Positions 13,560 to 25,130 of a stretch of 64,000 nt of DNA are shown here, piece after piece. The notes beneath the pieces are model-generated. The model worked only from the letters and a program-made list of their open reading frames with translations. It was not told the origin of the DNA and ran no database searches. A program made the translations under genes and the position numbers. Position 1 is the stretch's first letter; each line of letters begins with the position of its first letter. Origin of the DNA: Camelus dromedarius (Eukaryota); contig NC_087436.1 in assembly GCF_036321535.1 (NCBI RefSeq), positions 69,318,001-69,382,000 of the forward strand, given 5' to 3'.

Positions 13560-15040
13560 AGTCATTCCCAGGATATGTGTCTACTACTGTTAGGGTAAAT
13601 GCCTGTGTGAAAGAGAGACAATTAGGATCCTGGCCCCAAGCGTCCAGTTGGTATACTCATGCAGTAGTGCCATATCAGAAACTCAGTGTTTAATTCCACT
13701 CCCAGCAGATGTGACCCTCTCAGCACTCATCTGGGGTGTAGTTAGGGGAACCTTGGTCCATAGGAGCCCATACACTGAGTCCCATGCATAGCTTTATTCT
13801 CTGCCACCAAAGACACCCCAATAAATTGCTCTAGGGGCTGGCACTGCTTGGATGATTATGGAGGGTGCCTGATGTTACCTGGCTGAGTACTTTTGCCTAC
13901 CTTCTTGCTTACTGTCTAGTCTGTGATGGATGTTCTATGGTGGGAATTAACATGGTGTCCCATGGTTGAGCCCTCCATCTCTTATAGGGTTCCATAGCAT
14001 GTCAGTTGTTTTTCCAGATAGAGGTTAATTCTTCATTCCAGATGATATTGCCTTGCTGTGTTGTGTTTCTGCCATTCAGCTTGGCATAGATGCCACACAG
14101 TGCCTTCTCTCACTGCTGATGTGTGAAATACTAAAAGATCTCCATAATATTATAACCCATCACAGCCTGGGGCTACTGTGGAGTTCTTTCCCAGTCAGGT
14201 CCCTCTCAAAGCTGGCAGTCTTTTGAGTTACGTAGCACATTTGTCCCAGAATGGAATATATATTCTTCCCCCAATTCTTGAAAGACTTAAAAATCACTGT
14301 TTCTTTTTCCTTGTAAAAAAAAAAAAACAAAAAAAAAAAAAAAAAAAAAAACGTAAAATGCAAAAATCTATTCTCCTTTGGAAGTAATGGCCTCAAATAC
14401 ACCTGACCACTGGATCTCAATTAATTTTATTGGTCTGGCAGATCACACTTGAATATTCATAGGGTTATCTTACACTTTGTAAGGCACGTGTATCACACTC
14501 AGGTTTCCAACATATTAAACAATAGTGTATCCTGTTTGATTTGCAAAATGTCATCAATACAATCAGTCAGTACAATTTTCTGAAGGATATCCAGGTAATT
14601 TAAATCTCGTGGGTTATAGTTCATGGAAAGAGAAGAAAGTTTTATAGTACAGTCCTGATGTAAAAGAGGAAATGTGTGCTGTTTGTTCCAAGTGAAAAAG
14701 AATCATTTCTAAACGTCTTTTCTAGTAGGGATGGTGAAGAACACGCCCATCTAAGCAGTGGCCTCACTCTGTACTGAAGATGTCTGAGTCTTCCCTAGCA
14801 GAGATACCACATCTGGCACAGAGGATGAGATTGGAGTGTTGTCTTGGATGAATTTGCACAAGTGTGCTATCAATTTGAAGAAAATGTTGGTTTTGTATTG
14901 GCCAGATATATTGGAGTTGATCATTCTGCCTCCTTGAAACATTTAATAACTTTCATTTCCACCATCCCCAGAAACATGATGTGATTTTATGTTTCTGTTT
15001 TGGCTGGGGTCAGGAGGGTGGTGAGAGGAAGTTGTTCCAA
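13560..15040 (-). mobile_element. Decayed ERVL-like internal (pol) sequence, probably continuing beyond 20930
   Basis: Minus-strand translation TPISSSVPDVVSLL resembles an ERVL RT motif; boundaries approximate. Confidence 0.55.
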
Positions 15041-16750
15041 GAGTGGATGGGTTTGAATAGCGGACCCCCAAATATGTCTAAGTGCTAACCCCAGATCCTA
15101 TGACATTGACCTTAAATGGAAAGATTTTGCAATGTGCACGCATACCTTGTTTTATTGTGCTTTGCTTTATTCTGCTTCACAGATACCGCATGTTTTACAA
15201 ACTGAAAGTTTGTGGCAACCTGACTAGAGGAAGTCTATCAGCACCACTTTTCAAATAGTATTTGCTCACTTTGTGTCTCTGTTACATTTGGCTAATTCTT
15301 GAGATATTTCAAGCTTTTTCTTTGTTATATGTGTTATGGTGATCTGGGATCATTAATGTTTGACATTACTATTGTAATTATTTGAGGGCACTGCAAAACC
15401 TCCGTCATATTAGATGGCTGATAATTGTTAAATATTATGTGTTATCATTGCTCCATCAAGGGCTATTCCCCTGTTTCTCTCCATTTCCTCAGGGCAACCT
15501 GTTCCCTGAGACCAAAAATATTGAAATCAGTCCCATTAATAACCATCAATGGCCTATAAGTTTTCAAGTGAAAGTAAGAGTTGCAAGTCTCTCATTTTAA
15601 ACCAAAACCTAGAAATAATGAAGCTTAGTGAGTAAGGCATGTGGAAAGCTGAGACAGGCCAAAAGCAAGGCTTGTTGCAACAAAGTAAGAATTTTTTTTG
15701 CAAAGGAGAAATTTTGGAAGGAAATTAAAAGTGCTACTCTAGTGAACACAAAAGGATAAGAAACTAAACCTTATTGCTGATACGATGAAAGTATTTTGTG
15801 GTCTAGATGGAAGGTCAAAACATCCATGACATTCCATTAAGCCAGAGCCTAGTCCAGAGTGAGGCCTTAACTCCTTTCAATTCTATGAATGCTGAGAGAG
15901 GTGATGAAGCTGCAGAAGTAAATTTTGAGACTAGCAGAGTTTGATTAATAGGTTTTAAAGAATCAAGCTGTCTTCATAAAAGTTCATGAAAGTTCAAGAT
16001 GAAGCAGAAAGTGCTGGTGGAGAAGCTGCAGCAAGTTATCCAGAAGGTATAGCGAAGATAACTCATGAAGGTGTCTGTAATCAACAGCAGATTTTCAATG
16101 CAGGTGAAACAGCCCTCTGTTGGAAGAAGATGCCATCGGGGATTTTCATAGCTAAAGGGGAGATGTCAATGTCTGGCTCAAAAGTTCAGAGGACAGGCTG
16201 ACTCTCCTTTAGGGGTTAATGCAGCTGGTGACTTGAAATTGAAGCCAATGCTCATTTCTCAAGGCTCAAATCCTAGAGGCCTTAAGAATTATGCTAAATC
16301 TACTCTGTCAGAGCTCTATAAGTGGGACAACAAAACCTAGATGACACAGCAAATCTGCCTACAACATGGATATTGAATATTTTCAGCCCACTGTTGAGAC
16401 CTGCTGCTCATTAAAAAAAAAAGTTTATTTCAAATATACTGCTTCTAGGTAATGTACGTGGTCACTCAAGAGCTGTAATGGAGAGGTCTAATGAGGTTAA
16501 TGTTGTTTTCATGCGTGCTACCCCAACATCCATTCCATAGCTTAGGGACCAAAAGCAATTTCAATTTTCAAGTCTTATCATTTAAGGCATACTTTTGTAT
16601 AGCTGTAGCTGCCATAGGTAGTGATTCCTGTGATGGATGTGGGCAGTCAGTTGAAACGTTTCTGGACAGGATTTACCATTCTAGATTCCATTAAGATGAT
16701 TCATGTTTCATGGGAAGAGGTCAAACTATCAACATTAAAAGGAGTATGGA

Positions 16751-19700
16751 GGGAAGCAAGATGGCGTAGAAGGACGCTTGTAGCTCACCTCTCCCACACA
16801 TACACCAAAACTCACATCTACGGACCTACTGAGCCAACCAGAGCACCTACTGAACTCTGACAGAACATCGCCCTCTTCGAAAGACAAAGACGCTAAAAAT
16901 CTGATAGGAAGAAAGGAAAAAAGAACAAAAGTATAAGCAAAACAGTTCGGAACCGATCCTGCAGAGAGGAAGCGGCAAAGGAGGACTGGTGCTCTTTCCC
17001 TGGGCTCCTCCTCTTCAACAGAGAGGCCAGTGGAACAGAGGGGGAGCCTCCGAGTCTCAGATCTGCCCCCAGCATCCCTTGACAGACAAAACTGAGTTAA
17101 ACAGGCACAAAGGGTCCCTCTGACCCACAGCCCAAGATGCAAGCTGGCAGCTGGGGCCGGGACAGGCTACCCGAGCCGGGAGGAGGACTGGGGTGGCTAC
17201 AATGAGGAAGCTCCAGGGGACTGCAGGGTGCTGGGCGCCGTGGCTGGGAGGGGATAAGGAACAGAACAATCTCGGTCCCCCATAAATTGCAAAAAAAGCA
17301 AAGCTACAGGGCTGGTGTGCCCTGGGGGGAGGGGCGCCGTAGACTTTGTCTCCTCAGACCTAATCACCATTACTGGCGCTTCTAGGGAGAAGAGAGGCAG
17401 GGCTCAGCTACAGCCGCCATCTCCTCCTCTCCTCAGTGCCAGGGCCGGGGTGGGGCCGAGCCCTGAATCCACACCTGGGGGCTCCGCAACCTCCTAGGCA
17501 GGACTGAGACTTGTTTACAGCCTGAGGCAGATAGGCTCTTTCTGCCCTGGCACTTAAGAGAACTCGCGTAGCCAAGCCAAACAAGGAGTTGTGATTTGGC
17601 ACGGAGCAGGGGCGGGGCCATTCCACGGTCTTCCGAGTCCACCTTTGGAGTGCAGACCTGAGACAGAGCGGGCAGCTGCACAGAGCAGCGGAGCAACCAG
17701 CGCTGAGAGAGGGCAGGTGGCCACCCCGTTTCCCGGCAGGAATGCAGCACCTGACCATGGTGCTGAGAGGGGGCCCGATCCGCCCACCTGCCTCCACAGG
17801 AGCACAGCATCTGACTGTGGCATTGGGAGGGGGAGTGACCCACCTGCTCACTGGTAGGAGCTCAGCTCCTGACCCAGTGTTAGGAGGGGGAGAGATCTGC
17901 TAGCTGACAGCCACTGGGAGCAGCACAGACAAGGGCGCCAACAGAGGGCCTCTGGAAACAGCAAGCTGAGTTCGGAAACAGGGCCAAGACACAAAGACCT
18001 CTCGATAAAATCAAGACCGTCTCCAGGAGAACTAGATAACTGATACTCCTTAAGCCATTGTGCCAGAGAGATATGAGCAATATGAAGAAGCAGAGGAACC
18101 ACTCCCAATTAAAACATCAAGAGAAATCCCCTGAAAGCACGATCAAGGAAATAGACATTGATGGCCTACTAGATTAAGATTTCAAAAAAGGAGTGATCAA
18201 AGTACTGAAGGAACTGAAAGAAATAATTTAGAGATATAAAATATGTCAAAAATGAAATCAAAGCTGTAAAGACGAACCAAGTAGAATTAGTAAACTCATT
18301 TGCTGAGATGAGAGCTGCTCTAAAGGCTGTACAAAGCAGACTAGATAATGCAGAGGAACGAATAAGTGTCCTAGGAGACAGGACAACAGAAAGCACCCAG
18401 TCAGAACAACTGCAAGATAACAAATAAAAACAAATGAAAACAATACGAGGGACCTATGGGATAATATAAAGCATGCCAATCTTCACATAATAAGGGTTCC
18501 AGAAGGGGAAGAAAGACCAAAGGGAACTGTAAAGGTATTGGAAGAAATTATGACTGAAAACTTCCCAAACCTAAAGGAATCAGATATCCAAGTACAGGAG
18601 GCTCAGAGGGTCCCAAACAGGAAGAACCCAAACAGACCCACACCAAGACATACCATAATCAAGATGGCCAGAGTCAAGGATAAAGAAATGATCCTAAAGG
18701 CAGCAAGAGAAAAACAAAGAGTGAGTTACAAGGGAACCCCCATAAGGCTCTCAGCTGATTTCTCTACACAAACACTACAGGCCAGAAGGGAGTGGCAAGA
18801 TATATTCAAAGTCCTGAATGAAAAAAAGATGCAGCCTAGGATACTCTATCCAGCAAGGCTGTCCTGTAGAATAGAAGGAGAGATAAAGAACTTCATAGAC
18901 AAGCAAAAACTAAGAGTTTAGCAACAGTAAACCCATGCTAAAAGAATTATCAACAGATCTACTGTAAATAGAAAAGAAGCAGGATGCTACAAAATTGAGA
19001 AACTCATAACTGGAAAGGCGATAACTACCATGAATTACAAAAAAAATAAACACAAAATTGTAAAAGAAGACATCTGAATCATTAAGAGTGGGAGAGGAAG
19101 CAAGGAAAGCCACTGTGGAAAACAGTATGCAGAGCCCTCAAAAGACTAGGAATAGACTTACCATATGACCCAGGAGTCCCTCTCCTGGGCATATATCCAG
19201 AAAGAAGCCTACTTCAAAATGACAGCTGAACCCCAATGTCATAGCAGCACTATTTACAATAGCCAAGACATGGAAACAGCCTAAATGCCATCAACAGATG
19301 ACTGAATAAAAAAGAAGTGGTATATTTAAATGATAGAATGCTATTCAGCCACAAGAACAGACAACATAATGCCATTTGCAGCAACATGAATGTTCCTGGA
19401 GAATGTCATTATAAGTGAAGTAAGCCAGAAAGACAAAAAAAAAAAAAAAAAATGCAAAATGAGATTGCTCATATGAGGAATCTAAAAAAAAAAAGTACAA
19501 AACAGAAACAGACTCATAGACATAGAATACAATCTTGTGGTTGCCAAAGGGGATTGGGGTGGGAAGGGACAGACTGGGATTTTAAAATGCAGAATAGATA
19601 AACATGATTATACTGTATACAACAGGGAAATCTATACAAGATCTTGTGGTAGCACATAGTGAACAAAAAAAGTGTGACAAGGAATATATGTATGTTCATG

Positions 19701-19786
19701 TATAACTGAAAAATTGTGCTCTCCACTAGAATTTGACACAACATTGTAAAATGACTATTGCTCAATAAAAATTAAAAAAATAAAAT
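16751..19786 (+). mobile_element. Internally deleted LINE-1 (5'UTR + ORF1 + 3' end, about 3.0 kb; half-L1-like) inserted in Tigger1
   Basis: 5' end GGGAAGCAAGATGGCG; ORF1 remnant; junction near 19108 to the ORF2 C-terminus; AATAAA and A tail. TSD is AAAGGAGTATG(G/A)A at 16738-16750 and 19787-19799, at a TT/AAAA site. Empty site at about 56161-56173. Confidence 0.93.
18073..18967 (+). pseudogene. L1 ORF1 remnant with stops and frameshifts
   Basis: Collinear with 48842-49746; the 18538-18921 fragment translates as the ORF1 RRM/CTD region. Confidence 0.88.
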
Positions 19787-22700
19787 AAAGGAGTATGAAA
19801 GAAGTGATTCCTGCTCTCAAGGATGACGTTGAAGAGTTCAAGAATTCAGTGGAGGAAGAAATTGCAGATGAGGCAGGAACAGCAGGAGAACTAGAATCAG
19901 ATGTGGAGCCTGACTATGTGACTAAGTTGCTGCAATTTCATGATAGAAGTAACAGGTGAGGAGTTGCTTCTTATGGATGAGCAAAGTGATTCCTTCTGAT
20001 GGAAGCGACTCCTGGTACAAATGCTGTGAAGATAGTTAAGTAAAAACATAGGATTTAGAGTATGACATAAACTTAGTTGACAAAGTGACAACAGGGTTTG
20101 AGAAGACTGACTCCAATTTTGAAAGAAGTTCTTGTGGGCATAAAATAGCATCAAACAGCATTGCATGCTATAGCGATATCATTCGTGAAAGGTAGAGTCA
20201 ATTGATGTGGCAAACTTCAATGCTGTCTCATTTAAGAAATGGCTACAGCCCCCTTAGTCTTAAGCACCACCACTCTGATCGGTTGCTAGTTATAAACATT
20301 GAGGCAAGACTCTCCACCAGCAAAAATTGTGACTCACTGAAGTCTCGTATGATGATTAGCATTTCAGGGCAAAAATTATTTTTTAAACTAGTGGATGCCC
20401 ATTGTTTTTTGGCAGAAAGCTTCTGCACCCTTAAGAAACTAAAATGGAGTAATTTTATATGCACTGAGAAACCCCGTAAGTTTCTGTGACTCATTTTATT
20501 GTGATGTTTGCTTTGTTGTGGTAGTCCAGAACCAAATCTACAATATCTTCAAGGTATGCCTGTAATTAGTTCAGAATACTAAGATAAATTCATAATAATT
20601 TAAGATTGGCTCAAAATCCAATGACAGGTGTCCTTCTGAGAAGGAAGATGGAGGAGGATGAGAGATGCACAAAAGGAAATATGACATGAAGACAGGCACA
20701 GAGATTGGAGAGAGCTACAGACAAGGAACACAAGCATTGTCAGCAGCCACCAGAAGCTAAGAGAGTGGTATGGAATGAACACTTTCCCAAACACTCAAGG
20801 AGGTCTGGACACTGACGACACTTGATTTCAGACCTCTGTCCTCCAGAACTGTGGAAAAATAAATTTCTGTTGTTGTCAGCTATCAGATTTGAAGTAATTC
20901 GATACAGCAGCCCTAGAGACCCGATACACAGTGCATCTACTTGGCTTTTCCCACTGTGACAGCCCTCATCCCACAGGCCAGTGATGCAATTAGTGAGTTG
21001 TGCCCTCGACAAAGTGAATGTATTCAAGTATACATTTAGGGACTGAGAACATCATCATTGTTTCAAGATGCTGTTGTCATTTTGGGAAGGATTTGAGGGA
21101 ATCATTAACGTGTACACTTACGGTGATGGTACAAGTTTCTTTCTCTGACAGTCCCACTCCCTTCATTAGTCAGTGGATCAGGACAATCCTCAGGTCCCAA
21201 AACTTCTCAAGTGAATATGATTTTAAGGAAACAATCATCCTCTAACTCTGAGACCTATCTTTCAACCCTTCTGATAGTATAGACACAGCAATTCCTTCTT
21301 GGTCGTCTGTCTATTCTGTTTCTAGGGCTGCCTGCTCTATCACCATATCCACAGCTCTTCATGGGTTAAGCCTGCCTGGCTGCCACCCCAACCATATTGT
21401 TCACCGTGATCACTGTGACCACCTGACTTCTGATTATTGATGGCTCCTACTGGTCTCTGTTACTTTTGTATTTGATTTTAATTAGCATAATGAGCTAAGT
21501 TTTATAATTACCAACAATCCTGCCCCTCAGAGAATAACCACCCTGAACATCTTATAGCTTCAGTAAAGACTCCTTTTGTGGATTTTACTGACATAAAAAG
21601 CATATCTATCTTTATATGTCTACTACCCTAAGCCTTTGGGTTCCTTCTTCCACTGTTTGCCATGACATTTCCAGCACATCAGTTTTACTTCCTGAGGACC
21701 ATCATTGTTGCCAAGTTTCTACAGACATCATGGTAGTCTGTTCCCACCATCTCCTGGAGTCTGAATGCAGGTAGTAATTATACTGTGTCCTGAGAGAGTG
21801 CTTGAAAATTTTAAAAATGCTCCCTTATACACCTTTATGTTGACTTTCCTCAAGTCTGTCCCTGAGTGTACAATTCCATATATAATCTCCCAGTTCCTGC
21901 TAGTAAATTTTGGATGGGTTCTTCAGTTCTTTTGAGTTATACTGTCTTTCCTTCCTTAGTAGGTCCAGCTTATAGCTGACTGTATTGCAGTGTGACTTTA
22001 CTCTTGTTATTGGCTTGTGTTCAAGAGGGGAGATAAGAGCAGACCCTGAGAAGGACACATGATGTCCTGTGGGGTAGAGGACGCTCTGTCATCCTCCCAC
22101 AATGGCGAGGTGCTATCATCCCTTCACAGAGAGGAGTGGGACACTTCTGAGGACTCGAAGGGCTCAGGGGCATCTAGGAATTCAAGATTCTCACTAACTG
22201 TTTATCAGATGCCTTGCCATTCTGCCCACCACAAGTAGGGTCCTAATCTTGGAAACATTTCAGACTAGGTCTGACTTTAAGTAGAACAGGAAATGTCTTA
22301 TTTTAAAATAAAAGAAAAAACTTTTTTGGTGAGGAAATTCTGCAAAGGACGAGAATCTCTTTATATGCTGCCAAGCAGGTCTTCTGCCTTTCTTACTCAC
22401 CACTCACGTAATACGGTGGTTTAAAGGCTTCACTCTATCATTATATTTTTTCAAAGAACTAATTCTCTAGAGCAAAACTTTATCTCCATTTTCCTCATCA
22501 TTTTTCTGTATAACAAAAAGCTACTGTGTCACAATAACTAGTACCTGTTCTTCCAACACTATAAAGTCCCAGTTCACCATGAGAAATATCATTAGAAATT
22601 TCACGGTTACCAGAGTCCTGGGTTTATCTTAATACAGTAGAGTATTAGGTGTTTCATTGTTTTATCTATTCCATTTTTATTTCAGCATTTGTTAAAAAAT

Positions 22701-23965
22701 CTTACTTCTGTGATTGTAAAATATATACGTATGTATGTGTATATTATATGAAATTAAAATTTAAAAAGATTTTATATTTTGTTAAGAGTAGTGAAGAAAG
22801 GGAAGTATGATAATTTCCAAATGAAAATATATCAACCACTCTAGAGAGCTTGTACACATAACCTCGACGTTTGTGATGCTCTAGACTTCCCTCCAACTGA
22901 CACTTATCCACTATATTAATATTCTTCGGCCTTGTTTATTTAAAGTGCTATGTATGCACTTTGTTCTTCATGAATTATAATGCATCTGTTATTGGTGTAA
23001 AGCCAACCATCCTGAACCTTACTCCTTTATGTTACCTCATTTTATAATAATGAAAAAGTTAATGGATATCTTGCCTTTGGTATAAAATGAACAAAGATTC
23101 AACTATAATTTTAAACAGTCCTTTAGAAGAGCACAGTATTTTATTGCCAGAATAAATGATTTTGCATTGTGGTAAATTACTGCTTTGACTACATGATTTA
23201 GATCTGAAAACAAACAACATTAGTGTTTACAGTTTTGAAAAAATTATACATTAAAGCATTATAATTTTTTAATTATTTCAAAACCTCGTAAAATTAAAAA
23301 AATCTTTTTTTCCTATATCTTTTCATAGTTAGTTGCCCATCTAAGAACAAGTTTATATTTAACTTGCTCTTAATTGTGCCATTATTACTGTCAAAACCAG
23401 AAAATTGTGGAAATGATTTATATTTGTTCTAAGATAGAGCTGTAATTTTGGTTTTCTTAAGTTTAGGTTATAATTCTCACAGTCCATGGCAATTATTTAA
23501 TGAACTTGGTTACTATGTAATGCCATCACAGTTAGATTGAATAATTTTTTGACCTCAAGGCCAAAACACTGGCAAACATACTAGAAGACAGATTTTTTAG
23601 GAAAGAAATTAAGAGACATCTTCATTTGTATTAAAATACAACTTGTGTCTTCATGTTTACCGCAGATCTCTGGCTGATGCTTTTTAACAGAAGTCTAAGT
23701 ACTTGTGCTTCATAGAGTGGTCACAATTAAGGTTCCTGAGAGAACCAGGAGAAGTGATAGGGCAAAGTAAAAGGAAGAAATGGGCAATGTCCTGAGTCTG
23801 TGATTAGATGGAAAAAATCACCCCTTTAGCAAAGAGCAGTTCTGAGAAATGGACTCTCCCCCTCAAAGTATCTGCAGTGCAGCTGTAACTAGTTTGCTTC
23901 TTCTTTACAAATATTTATAAGTATAATTAATATATGAATGAATTAAATAAAATTTCTAGTTACTT

Positions 23966-24054
23966 TATTTTTTTAATGGAGGTAGTGAGGATTGAACTCA
24001 GGACCTTGTATGTGCTAAACACACACACTACCACTGCACTTTACAACCTCTCTT
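23966..24054 (-). mobile_element. tRNA-derived SINE, vic-1-like, downstream of copy B
   Basis: A/B-box-like body and A tail; TSD TAGTTACTT at 23957-23965 and 24055-24063. Confidence 0.75.
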
Positions 24055-24596
24055 TAGTTACTTCTATAAAGTAGGTATTAAATTCCAGTCATTTACTCCA
24101 CTGTACCATCAATCATGCTAACTTACAAAGTTCAGCTACTTCTCTGAAGCTACGAAAGTGTTACAATCCAAATGAAGAATTAACATTATTAATTTCCAAA
24201 TGAAGAGCAATCTACAAATCAAAGGCGAAAAAGCGTGTTTTGTAGTGCAAGGGGGACACAGTCTGACGTGTCAGATGAAAATAAATTGATGGTATCAAGT
24301 GTGCTTTACTGCAGAGGAGAAACCCTGACAGCCTCCTGATCTCCCTGACCTGAAGGGAATCTGGCTGAGTGTGCTCTGCACTACTCTTGCCTGGTTCCTT
24401 TGGAGAACATGCAAGAACTATAACACACTGGGCCCAGGATGACGTTACGTATTTAGAAAGTGTTCAGTGTGATCAATGCTGAAAACGGAATTAACCATTT
24501 TGTTCCTAAGGCCTCAGACAACATTACAATTTGTTGAACTGAAAGCTGTGAATAAAGCACTAAGTCTTTATGGTAGCAACTCCATGTGTGTATTTG

Positions 24597-24602
24597 TTTA
24601 TT
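24597..24602 (-). terminator. Candidate polyadenylation signal AATAAA of copy B
   Basis: AATAAA about 250 nt after the stop codon, also present in copy C; more distal signals are possible. Confidence 0.4.
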
Positions 24603-24850
24603 TTCTCTTCTTAAAGAATAGGTTTTTGGGAAAGAATTTGAAACCTTAATTCTAAATCATGTGGCACATTTCGGGGGTGAGTCTTTGATCTTTGATTTGA
24701 TAAGCTGAGAAATGGACAAGAACCCTGAAGAGTAGGAGAGGAATCAGTTCAAGTCAGTGGATGGATTGATTTGTATGGGCCCCACCATGGTTTCCACCCA
24801 ACTTGTTAAAAAAAGAAACAAACAAAAAATATCAACAGAAAAACCAAATC

Positions 24851-25130
24851 CTATTCTCTCTTTTTCTTCTTTGTGGTTTTACCAAACCTCGAGCAACAAA
24901 ACAGGCAACATTTAGTGACCAAAAATATAATAGTTGCCACACAGGCCAGCAGGAACCCAATCACATCCAAAGAGTGGTGCTGGTACCAGGAGAGGTTGTG
25001 GAGGGCTGGGCGCAGGTGCTTGGCTCCTTTGTGGCGCGTGACAAACTCGATCCAGAAGACTGCTCGGTCCAGGGGCTTCACTGGCTGATCGTGGTGGATT
25101 CTTGATAACTTCATAGCATTCTCTTTATAG
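24851..25130 (-). CDS. UGT2C1-like: UGT2 copy B exon 6 coding part (TM helix, dilysine tail)
   Basis: [39 protein letters not shown]...KKKKRE*; acceptor TTCAG; 280 bp. Confidence 0.95.

Larger units (their letters stand above)
15137..20562 (+). mobile_element. Tigger1 DNA transposon, near full length (about 2.4 kb), split by the L1 at 16751-19786
   Basis: Terminal repeats CACGCATACCTTG...CAAGGTATGCCTG followed by TA; decayed transposase (QQIFNAGETALCWKKMP). Confidence 0.9.
15044..20927 (+). mobile_element. MLT1-type (ERVL-MaLR) LTR split by Tigger1 (pieces about 15044-15136 and 20563-20927)
   Basis: Typical MLT1 motifs (TTGAATAG...CCCCCAAA, AATCCAATGACAGGTGTCCTT, CCACCAGAAGCT, CCTCCAGAACTGT...AATAAATTTCTGTTG); boundaries approximate. 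Confidence 0.75.

Noticed and set aside
14314..14351. Long A-rich run as a retrocopy tail
   Set aside because: It has no body or TSD, and the paralog has a shorter run at about 46613-46624, so it is a slippage expansion.
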